Positions 40,301 to 51,688 of a DNA stretch of 64,000 bases are shown here, piece after piece. Both the position numbers and the translations under genes were made by a program. Source of the DNA: Gordius albopunctatus (Eukaryota). The notes under the pieces were generated by a model. It did no database searches, was not told the DNA's origin, and saw only the letters and a program-made list of their open reading frames with translations. Numbering within the stretch: the first letter of the stretch is position 1; each line of letters starts with the position of its first letter. Where the stretch lies: positions 9,920,001 through 9,984,000 of the forward strand of contig OZ193909.1 of NCBI GenBank assembly GCA_964276515.1. The letters run 5' to 3'.

Positions 40301-43300
40301 GATTGTTTCAAAATCGCTTTCTAAGCGTGTCTCTAGTTTTTGAGAAACAAACTCTTATTTGATCGTGATTTAAAGTTAAAAACTTTTGAGGACTGATCAA
40401 AAAATTTTTTTACTAGTTGACCTCTGATATCAAAAACTTTCATGACGGCTATATTGTTGAACAAAAAAATTGAAACATTTTGAGGTCGAAAAAAATATTT
40501 TTTTTCATATTCTATCAAAAGGGGGCTGAAAGAATCTTTAAAAGTTTGTAAATATTCTTAGCATTATGTCCTTGTTAGAATCCCGAGAAGAATTTTTGCA
40601 CGGGGGGAAGTTTTAGATTGACAGAAAGTAAACTTTTCGTGTTGCGTTTAGATTTTTTCAAAATCGCTTTCTAAGCGTGTCTCTAGTTTTTGAGAAACAA
40701 ACTCTTATTTGATCGTGATTTAAAGTTAAAAACTTTTGAGGACTGATCAAACATTTTTTTCACTAATTGACCTCTGATATCAAAAACTTTCATGACGGCT
40801 TTATTGTTGAACAAAAAAATTGAAAAAATTTTTAGGTCGAAAAAAATATTTTTTTTCATATTCTATCAAAAGGGGGCTGAAAGAATCTTTAAAAGTTTGT
40901 AAATATTCTTAGCATTATGTCCTTGTTAGAATCCGTATGATAATTTTTGCACGAAGGGAGGTTTTAGATTGAGAGAAACTAAACTTTTCGTGTTGCGTTT
41001 TTAGATTGTTTCAAAATCGCTTTCTAAGCGTGTCTCTAGTTTTTGAGAAACAAACTCTTATTTGATCGTGATTTAAAGTTAAAAACTTTTGAGGACTGAT
41101 CAAAAAATTTTTTCACTAGTTGACCTCTGATATAAAAACTTTCATGACGGCTATATTGTTGAACAAAAAAATTGAAACATTTTGAGGTCGAAAAAAATAT
41201 TTTTTTTCATATTCTATCAAAAGGGGGCTGAAAGAATCTTTAAAAGTTTGTAAATATTCTTAGCATTATGTCCTTGTTAGAATCCCGAGAAGAATTTTTG
41301 CACGGGGGGAAGTTTTAGATTGACAGAAAGTAAACTTTTCGTGTTGTGTTTAGATTGTTTCAAAATCGCTTTCTAAGCGTGTCTCTAGTTTTTGTGAAAC
41401 AAACTCTTATGATCGTGATTTAAAGTTAAAAAATTTTGAGGACTGATCAAAAAATTTTTTCACTAATTGACCTCTGATATCAAAAACTTTCATGACGGCT
41501 ATATTGTTGAACAAAAAAATTGAAATATTCTGAGGTCGAAAAAAATATTTATTTTCATATTCTTTCGAAAGGGGGCTGAAAGAATCTTTAAAAGTTAGTA
41601 AATATTCTTAGCATTATGTCCTTGTTAGAATCCGTATGATAATTTTTGCACGAAAGGAGGTTTTAGATTGAGAGAAACTAAACTTTTCGTGTTGCGTTTA
41701 GATTGTTTCAAAATCGCTTTCTAAGCGTGTCTCTAGTTTTTGAGAAACAAACTCTTATTTGATCGTGATTTAAAGTTAAAAACTTTTGAGGACTGATCAA
41801 AAAATTTTTTTACTAGTTGACCTCTGATATAAAAACTTTCATGACGGCTATATTGTTGAACAAAAAAATTGAAACATTTTGAGGTCGAAAAAAATATTTT
41901 TTTTCATATTCTATCAAAAGGGGGCTGAAAGAATCTTTAAAAGTTTGTAAATATTCTTAGCATTATGTCCTTGTTAGAATCCCGAGAAGAATTTTTGCAC
42001 GGGGGGAAGTTTTAGATTGACAGAAAGTAAACTTTTCGTGTTGTGTTTAGATTGTTTCAAAATCGCTTTCTAAGCGTGTCTCTAGTTTTTGTGAAACAAA
42101 CTCTTATGATCGTGATTTAAAGTTAAAAAATTTTGAGGACTGATCAAAAAATTTTTTCACTAATTGACCTCTGATATCAAAAACTTTCATGACGGCTATA
42201 TTGTTGAACAAAAAAATTGAAACATTCTGAGGTCGAAAAAAATATTTATTTTCATATTCTTTCGAAAGGGGGCTGAAATAATCTTTAAAAGTTAGTAAAT
42301 ATTCTTAGCATTATGTCCTTGTTAGAATCCGTATGATAATTTTTGCACGAAAGGAGGTTTTAGATTGAGAGAAACTAAACTTTTCGTGTTGCGTTTAGAT
42401 TGTTTCAAAATCGCTTTCTAAGCGTGTCTCTAGTTTTTGAGAAACAAACTCTTATTTGATCGTGATTTAAAGTTAAAAACTTTTGAGGACTGATCAAACA
42501 TTTTTTTCACTAATTGACCTCTGATATCAAAAACTTTCATGACGGCTTTATTGTTGAACAAAAAAATTGAAAAAATTTTTAGGTCGAAAAAAATATTTTT
42601 TTTCATATTCTATCAAAAGGGGGCTGAAAGAATCTTTAAAAGTTTGTAAATATTCTTAGCATTATGTCCTTGTTAGAATCCGTATGATAATTTTTGCACG
42701 AAGGGAGGTTTTAGATTGAGAGAAACTAAACTTTTCGTGTTGCGTTTTTAGATTGTTTCAAAATCGCTTTCTAAGCGTGTCTCTAGTTTTTGTGAAACAA
42801 ACTCTTATGATCGTGATTTAAAGTTAAAAAATTTTGAGGACTGATCAAAAAATTTTTTCACTAATTGACCTCTGATATCAAAAACTTTCATGACGGCTAT
42901 ATTGTTGAACAAAAAAATTGAAACATTCTGAGGTCGAAAAAAATATTTATTTTCATATTCTTTCGAAAGGGGGCTGAAATAATCTTTAAAAGTTAGTAAA
43001 TATTCTTAGCATTATGTCCTTGTTAGAATCCGTATGATAATTTTTGCACGAAAGGAGGTTTTAGATTGAGAGAAACTAAACTTTTCGTGTTGCGTTTAGA
43101 TTGTTTCAAAATCGCTTTCTAAGCGTGTCTCTAGTTTTTGAGAAACAAACTCTTATTTGATCGTGATTTAAAGTTAAAAACTTTTGAGGACTGATCAAAA
43201 ATTTTTTTCACTAATTGACCTCTGATATCAAAAACTTTCATGACGGCTATATTGTTGAACAAAAAAATTGAAACATTTTGAGGTCGAAAAAAATATTTAT

Positions 43301-46300
43301 TTTCATATTCTTTCGAAAGGGGGCTGAAAGAATCTTTAAAAGTTAGTAAATATTCTTAGCAATATGTCCTTGTTAGAATCCGTATGATAATTTTTGCACG
43401 GGGGGAGGTTTTAGATTGACAGAAAGTAAACTTTTCGTGTTGTGTTTAGATTGTTTCAAAATCGCTTTCTAAGCGTGTCTCTAGTTTTTGTGAAACAAAC
43501 TCTTATGATCGTGATTTAAAGTTAAAAAATTTTGAGGACTGATCAAAAAATTTTTTCACTAATTGACCTCTGATATCAAAAACTTTCATGACGGCTTTAT
43601 TGTTGAACAAAAAAATTGAAAAAATTTTTAGGTCGAAAAAAATATTTTTTTTCATATTCTATCAAAAGGGGGCTGAAAGAATCTTTAAAAGTTTGTAAAT
43701 ATTCTTAGCATTATGTCCTTGTTAGAATCCGTATGATAATTTTTGCACGAAGGGAGGTTTTAGATTGAGAGAAACTAAACTTTTCGTGTTGTGTTTTTAG
43801 ATTGTTTCAAAATCGCTTTCTAAGCGTGTCTCTAATTTTTGAGAAACAAACTCTTATTTGATCGTGATTTAAAGTTAAAAACTTTTGAGGACTGATCAAA
43901 AAATTTTTTCACTAGTTGACCTCTGATATAAAAACTTTCATGACGGCTATATTGTTGAACAAAAAAATTGAAACATTTTGAGGTCGAAAAAAATATTTTT
44001 TTTCATATTCTATCAAAAGGGGGCTGAAAGAATCTTTAAAAGTTTGTAAATATTCTTAGCATTATGTCCTTGTTAGAATCCCGAGAAGAATTTTTGCCCG
44101 GGGGGAAGTTTTAGATTGACAGAAAGTAAACTTTTCGTGTTGTGTTTAGATTGTTTCAAAATCGCTTTCTAAGCGTGTCTCTAGTTTTTGTGAAACAAAC
44201 TCTTATGATCGTGATTTAAAGTTAAAAAATTTTGAGGACTGATCAAAAAATTTTTTCACTAATTGACCTCTGATATCAAAAACTTTCATGACGGCTATAT
44301 TGTTGAACAAAAAAATTGAAACATTCTGAGGTCGAAAAAAATATTTATTTTCATATTCTTTCGAAAGGGGGCTGAAAGAATCTTTAAAAGTTAGTAAATA
44401 TTCTTAGCATTATGTCCTTGTTAGAATCCCGAGAAGAATTTTTGCACGAAAGGAGGTTTTAGATTGAGAGAAACTAAACTTTTCGTGTTGCGTTTAGATT
44501 GTTTCAAAATCGCTTTCTAAGCGTGTCTCTAGTTTTTGAGAAACAAACTCTTATTTGATCGTGATTTAAAGTTAAAAACTTTTGAGGACTGATCAAAAAA
44601 TTTTTTCACTAATTGACCTCTGATATCAAAAACTTTCATGACGGCTATATTGTTGAACAAAAAAATTGAAACATTCTGAGGTCGAAAAAAATATTTATTT
44701 TGATATTCTTTCGAAAGGGAGCTGAAAGAATCTTTAAAAGTTAGTAAATATTCTTAGCATTATGTCCTTGTTAGAATCCCGAGAAGAATTTTTGCACGGG
44801 GGGAAGTTTTAGATTGACAGAAAGTAAACTTTTCGTGTTGCGTTTAGATTTTTTCAAAATCGCTTTCTAAGCGTGTCTCTAGTTTTTGAGAAACAAACTC
44901 TTATTTGATCGTGATTTAAAGTTAAAAACTTTTGAGGACTGATCAAAAATTTTTTTCACTAATTGACCTCTGATATCAAAAACTTTCATGACGGCTTTAT
45001 TGTTGAACAAAAAAATTGAAACATTCTGAGGTCGAAAAAAATATTTATTTTCATATTCTTTCGAAAGGGGGCTGAAAGAATCTTTAAAAGTTAGTAAATA
45101 TTCTTAGCATTATGTCCTTGTTAGAATCCGTATGATAATTTTTGCACGAAAGGAGGTTTTAGATTGAGAGAAACTAAACTTTTCGTGTTGCGTTTAGATT
45201 GTTTCAAAATCGCTTTCTAAGCGTGTCTCTAGTTTTTGAGAAACAAACTCTTATTTGATCGTGATTTAAAGTTAAAAACTTTTGAGGACTGATCAAAAAA
45301 TTTTTTTACTAGTTGACCTCTGATATAAAAACTTTCATGACGGCTATATTGTTGAACAAAAAAATTGAAACATTTTGAGGTCGAAAAAAATATTTTTTTT
45401 CATATTCTATCAAAAGGGGGCTGAAAGAATCTTTAAAAGTTTGTAAATATTCTTAGCATTATGTCCTTGTTAGAATCCCGAGAAGAATTTTTGCACGGGG
45501 GGAAGTTTTAGATTGACAGAAAGTAAACTTTTCGTGTTGTGTTTAGATTGTTTCAAAATCGCTTTCTAAGCGTGTCTCTAGTTTTTGTGAAACAAACTCT
45601 TATGATCGTGATTTAAAGTTAAAAAATTTTGAGGACTGATCAAAAAATTTTTTCACTAATTGACCTCTGATATCAAAAACTTTCATGACGGCTATATTGT
45701 TGAACAAAAAAATTGAAACATTCTGAGGTCGAAAAAAATATTTATTTTCATATTCTTTCGAAAGGGGGCTGAAATAATCTTTAAAAGTTAGTAAATATTC
45801 TTAGCATTATGTCCTTGTTAGAATCCGTATGATAATTTTTGCACGAAAGGAGGTTTTAGATTGAGAGAAACTAAACTTTTCGTGTTGCGTTTAGATTGTT
45901 TCAAAATCGCTTTCTAAGCGTGTCTCTAGTTTTTGAGAAACAAACTCTTATTTGATCGTGATTTAAAGTTAAAAACTTTTGAGGACTGATCAAACATTTT
46001 TTTCACTAATTGACCTCTGATATCAAAAACTTTCATGACGGCTTTATTGTTGAACAAAAAAATTGAAAAAATTTTTAGGTCGAAAAAAATATTTTTTTTC
46101 ATATTCTATCAAAAGGGGGCTGAAAGAATCTTTAAAAGTTTGTAAATATTCTTAGCATTATGTCCTTGTTAGAATCCGTATGATAATTTTTGCACGAAGG
46201 GAGGTTTTAGATTGAGAGAAACTAAACTTTTCGTGTTGCGTTTTTAGATTGTTTCAAAATCGCTTTCTAAGCGTGTCTCTAGTTTTTGTGAAACAAACTC

Positions 46301-49300
46301 TTATGATCGTGATTTAAAGTTAAAAAATTTTGAGGACTGATCAAAAAATTTTTTCACTAATTGACCTCTGATATCAAAAACTTTCATGACGGCTATATTG
46401 TTGAACAAAAAAATTGAAACATTCTGAGGTCGAAAAAAATATTTATTTTCATATTCTTTCGAAAGGGGGCTGAAATAATCTTTAAAAGTTAGTAAATATT
46501 CTTAGCATTATGTCTTTGTTAGAATCCGTATGATAATTTTTGCACGAAAGGAGGTTTTAGATTGAGAGAAACGAAACTTTTCGTGTTTCGTTTAGATTGT
46601 TTCAAAATCGCTTTCTAAGCGTGTCTCTAGTTTTTGAGAAACAAACTCTTATTTGATCGTGATTTAAAGTTAAAAACTTTTGAGGACTGATCAAAAATTT
46701 TTTTCACTAATTGACCTCTGATATCAAAAACTTTCATGACGGCTATATTGTTGAACAAAAAAATTGAAACATTTTGAGGTCGAAAAAAATATTTATTTTC
46801 ATATTCTTTCGAAAGGGGGCTGAAAGAATCTTTAAAAGTTAGTAAATATTCTTAGCAATATGTCCTTGTTAGAATCCGTATGATAATTTTTGCACGGGGG
46901 GAGGTTTTAGATTGACAGAAAGTAAACTTTTCGTGTTGTGTTTAGATTGTTTCAAAATCGCTTTCTAAGCGTGTCTCTAGTTTTTGTGAAACAAACTCTT
47001 ATGATCGTGATTTAAAGTTAAAAAATTTTGAGGACTGATCAAAAAATTTTTTCACTAATTGACCTCTGATATCAAAAACTTTCATGACGGCTTTATTGTT
47101 GAACAAAAAAATTGAAAAAATTTTTAGGTCGAAAAAAATATTTTTTTTCATATTCTATCAAAAGGGGGCTGAAAGAATCTTTAAAAGTTTGTAAATATTC
47201 TTAGCATTATGTCCTTGTTAGAATCCGTATGATAATTTTTGCACGAAGGGAGGTTTTAGATTGAGAGAAACTAAACTTTTCGTGTTGCGTTTTTAGATTG
47301 TTTCAAAATCGCTTTCTAAGCGTGTCTCTAGTTTTTGAGAAACAAACTCTTATTTGATCGTGATTTAAATTTAAAAACTTTTGAGGACTGATCAAAAAAT
47401 TTTTTCACTAGTTGACCTCTGATATAAAAACTTTCATGACGGCTATATTGTTGAACAAAAAAATTGAAACATTTTGAGGTCGAAAAAAATATTTTTTTTC
47501 ATATTCTATCAAAAGGGGGCTGAAAGAATCTTTAAAAGTTTGTAAATATTCTTAGCATTATGTCCTTGTTAGAATCCCGAGAAGAATTTTTGCACGGGGG
47601 GAAGTTTTAGATTGACAGAAAGTAAACTTTTCGTGTTGTGTTTAGATTGTTTCAAAATCGCTTTCTAAGCGTGTCTCTAGTTTTTGTGAAACAAACTCTT
47701 ATGATCGTGATTTAAAGTTAAAAAATTTTGAGGACTGATCAAAAAATTTTTTCACTAATTGACCTCTGATATCAAAAACTTTCATGACGGCTATATTGTT
47801 GAACAAAAAAATTGAAACATTCTGAGGTCGAAAAAAATATTTATTTTCATATTCTTTCGAAAGGGGGCTGAAAGAATCTTTAAAAGTTAGTAAATATTCT
47901 TAGCATTATGTCCTTGTTAGAATCCCGAGAAGAATTTTTGCACGAAAGGAGGTTTTAGATTGAGAGAAACTAAACTTTTCGTGTTGCGTTTAGATTGTTT
48001 CAAAATCGCTTTCTAAGCGTGTCTCTAGTTTTTGAGAAACAAACTCTTATTTGATCGTGATTTAAAGTTAAAAACTTTTGAGGACTGATCAAAAAAATTT
48101 TTCACTAATTGACCTCTGATATCAAAAACTTTCATGACGGCTATATTGTTGAACAAAAAAATTGAAACATTCTGAGGTCGAAAAAAATATTTATTTTGAT
48201 ATTCTTTCGAAAGGGAGCTGAAAGAATCTTTAAAAGTTAGTAAATATTCTTAGCATTATGTCCTTGTTAGAATCCCGAGAAGAATTTTTGCACGGGGGGA
48301 AGTTTTAGATTGACAGAAAGTAAACTTTTCGTGTTGCGTTTAGATTTTTTCAAAATCGCTTTCTAAGCGTGTCTCTAGTTTTTGAGAAACAAACTCTTAT
48401 TTGATCGTGATTTAAAGTTAAAAACTTTTGAGGACTGATCAAAAATTTTTTTCACTAATTGACCTCTGATATCAAAAACTTTCATGACGGCTTTATTGTT
48501 GAACAAAAAAATTGAAACATTCTGAGGTCGAAAAAAATATTTATTTTCATATTCTTTCGAAAGGGGGCTGAAATAATCTTTAAAAGTTAGTAAATATTCT
48601 TAGCATTATGTCCTTGTTAGAATCCGTATGATAATTTTTGCACGAAAGGAGGTTTTAGATTGAGAGAAACTAAACTTTTCGTGTTGCGTTTAGATTGTTT
48701 CAAAATCGCTTTCTAAGCGTGTCTCTAGTTTTTGAGAAACAAACTCTTATTTGATCGTGATTTAAAGTTAAAAACTTTTGAGGACTGATCAAACATTTTT
48801 TTCACTAATTGACCTCTGATATCAAAAACTTTCATGACGGCTTTATTGTTGAACAAAAAAATTGAAAAAATTTTTAGGTCGAAAAAAATATTTTTTTTCA
48901 TATTCTATCAAAAGGGGGCTGAAAGAATCTTTAAAAGTTTGTAAATATTCTTAGCATTATGTCCTTGTTAGAATCCGTATGATAATTTTTGCACGAAGGG
49001 AGGTTTTAGATTGAGAGAAACTAAACTTTTCGTGTTGCGTTTTTAGATTGTTTCAAAATCGCTTTCTAAGCGTGTCTCTAGTTTTTGTGAAACAAACTCT
49101 TATGATCGTGATTTAAAGTTAAAAAATTTTGAGGACTGATCAAAAATTTTTTTCACTAATTGACCTCTGATATCAAAAACTTTCATGACGGCTATATTGT
49201 TGAACAAAAAAATTGAAACATTCTGAGGTCGAAAAAAATATTTATTTTCATATTCTTTCGAAAGGGGGCTGAAATAATCTTTAAAAGTTAGTAAATATTC

Positions 49301-51688
49301 TTAGCATTATGTCCTTGTTAGAATCCGTATGATAATTTTTGCACGAAAGGAGGTTTTAGATTGAGAGAAACTAAACTTTTCGTGTTGCGTTTAGATTGTT
49401 TCAAAATCGCTTTCTAAGCGTGTCTCTAGTTTTTGAGAAACAAACTCTTATTTGATCGTGATTTAAAGTTAAAAACTTTTGAGGACTGATCAAAAATTTT
49501 TTTCACTAATTGACCTCTGATATCAAAAACTTTCATGACGGCTATATTGTTGAACAAAAAAATTGAAACATTTTGAGGTCGAAAAAAATATTTATTTTCA
49601 TATTCTTTCGAAAGGGGGCTGAAAGAATCTTTAAAAGTTAGTAAATATTCTTAGCAATATGTCCTTGTTAGAATCCGTATGATAATTTTTGCACGGGGGG
49701 AGGTTTTAGATTGACAGAAAGTAAACTTTTCGTGTTGTGTTTAGATTGTTTCAAAATCGCTTTCTAAGCGTGTCTCTAGTTTTTGTGAAACAAACTCTTA
49801 TGATCGTGATTTAAAGTTAAAAAATTTTGAGGACTGATCAAAAAATTTTTTCACTAATTGACCTCTGATATCAAAAACTTTCATGACGGCTATATTGTTG
49901 AACAAAAAAATTGAAACATTCTGAGGTCGAAAAAAATATTTATTTTCATATTCTTTCGAAAGGGGGCTGAAAGAATCTTTAAAAGTTAGTAAATATTCTT
50001 AGCATTATGTCCTTGTTAGAATCCGTATGATAATTTTTGCACGAAAGGAGGTTTTAGATTGAGAGAAACTAAACTTTTCGTGTTGCGTTTAGATTGTTTC
50101 AAAATCGCTTTCTAAGCGTGTCTCTAGTTTTTGAGAAACAAACTCTTATTTGATCGTGATTTAAAGTTAAAAACTTTTGAGGACTGATCAAACATTTTTT
50201 TCACTAATTGACCTCTGATATCAAAAACTTTCATGACGGCTTTATTGTTGAACAAAAAAATTGAAAAAATTTTTAGGTCGAAAAAAATATTTTTTTTCAT
50301 ATTCTATCAAAAGGGGGCTGAAAGAATCTTTAAAAGTTTGTAAATATTCTTAGCATTATGTCCTTGTTAGAATCCGTATGATAATTTTTGCACGAAGGGA
50401 GGTTTTAGATTGAGAGAAACTAAACTTTTCGTGTTGCGTTTTTAGATTGTTTCAAAATCGCTTTCTAAGCGTGTCTCTAGTTTTTGAGAAACAAACTCTT
50501 ATTTGATCGTGATTTAAAGTTAAAAACTTTTGAGGACTGATCAAAAAATTTTTTCACTAGTTGACCTCTGATATAAAAACTTTCATGACGGCTATATTGT
50601 TGAACAAAAAAATTGAAACATTTTGAGGTCGAAAAAAATATTTTTTTTCATATTCTATCAAAAGGGGGCTGAAAGAATCTTTAAAAGTTTGTAAATATTC
50701 TTAGCATTATGTCCTTGTTAGAATCCCGAGAAGAATTTTTGCACGGGGGGAAGTTTTAGATTGACAGAAAGTAAACTTTTCGTGTTGTGTTTAGATTGTT
50801 TCAAAATCGCTTTCTAAGCGTGTCTCTAGTTTTTGTGAAACAATCTCTTATGATCGTGATTTAAAGTTAAAAAATTTTGAGGACTGATCAAAAAATTTTT
50901 TCACTAATTGACCTCTGATATCAAAAACTTTCATGACGGCTATATTGTTGAACAAAAAAATTGAAACATTCTGAGGTCGAAAAAAATATTTATTTTCATA
51001 TTCTTTCGAAAGGGGGCTGAAATAATCTTTAAAAGTTAGTAAATATTCTTAGCATTATGTCCTTGTTAGAATCCGTATGATAATTTTTGCACGAAAGGAG
51101 GTTTTAGATTGAGAGAAACTAAACTTTTCGTGTTGCGTTTAGATTGTTTCAAAATCGCTTTCTAAGCGTGTCTCTAGTTTTTGAGAAACAAACTCTTATT
51201 TGATCGTGATTTAAAGTTAAAAACTTTTGAGGACGGATCAAAAAATTTTTTCACTAATTGACCTCTGATATCAAAAACTTTCATGACGGCTATATTGTTG
51301 AACAAAAAAATTGAAACATTTTGAGGTCGAAAAAAATATTTATTTTCATATTCTTTCGAAAGGGGGCTGAAAGAATCTTTAAAAGTTTTAAATATTCTTA
51401 GCAATATGTCCTTGTTAGAATCCGTATGATAATTTTTGCACGGGGGGAGGTTTTAGATTGACAGAAAGTAAACTTTTCGTGTTGTGTTTAGATTGTTTCA
51501 AAATCGCTTTCTAAGCGTGTCTCTAGTTTTTGAGAAACAAACTCTTATTTGATCGTGATTTAAAGTTAAAAACTTTTGAGGACTGATCAAAAATTTTTTT
51601 CACTAATTGACCTCTGATATCAAAAACTTTCATGACGGCTATATTGTTGAACAAAAAAATTGAAACATTTTGAGGTCGAAAAAAATAT
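37375..51688 (-). repeat. Satellite A tandem array, reverse orientation (~41 monomers)
   Basis: The reverse-complement anchor CATGACGGCTATATTGTTGAA recurs every ~350 bp. Minus-strand ORFs at 37506-37715 and 40333-40518 are identical to plus-strand ORFs at 33544-33753 and 10081-10266. Confidence 0.99.
41750..48600 (-). repeat. 10-monomer HOR of inverted satellite A1, period 3496 bp (~2 copies)
   Basis: Private markers AATATGTC 43361/46857 and GGGAGCTG 44717/48213 are 3496 bp apart. Ends are approximate. Confidence 0.85.

Noticed and set aside
5182..51404. Repeated 61-76-aa ORFs (MKINIFFD..., MIEYEKKY...) as a multicopy small-protein family
   Set aside because: They lie inside satellite A monomers and are F/K/I/N-rich as expected from A/T tracts. 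They switch frame with homopolymer length changes and are broken in most copies, so there is no sign of coding constraint.
1..51688. Assignment to a named satellite (e.g. Drosophila 359-bp or Tribolium ~360-bp families) or to a transposon-derived repeat
   Set aside because: Only the length and AT richness are similar. I do not recognise the sequence and see no terminal inverted repeats or target-site duplications. A BLAST/Dfam search is needed.
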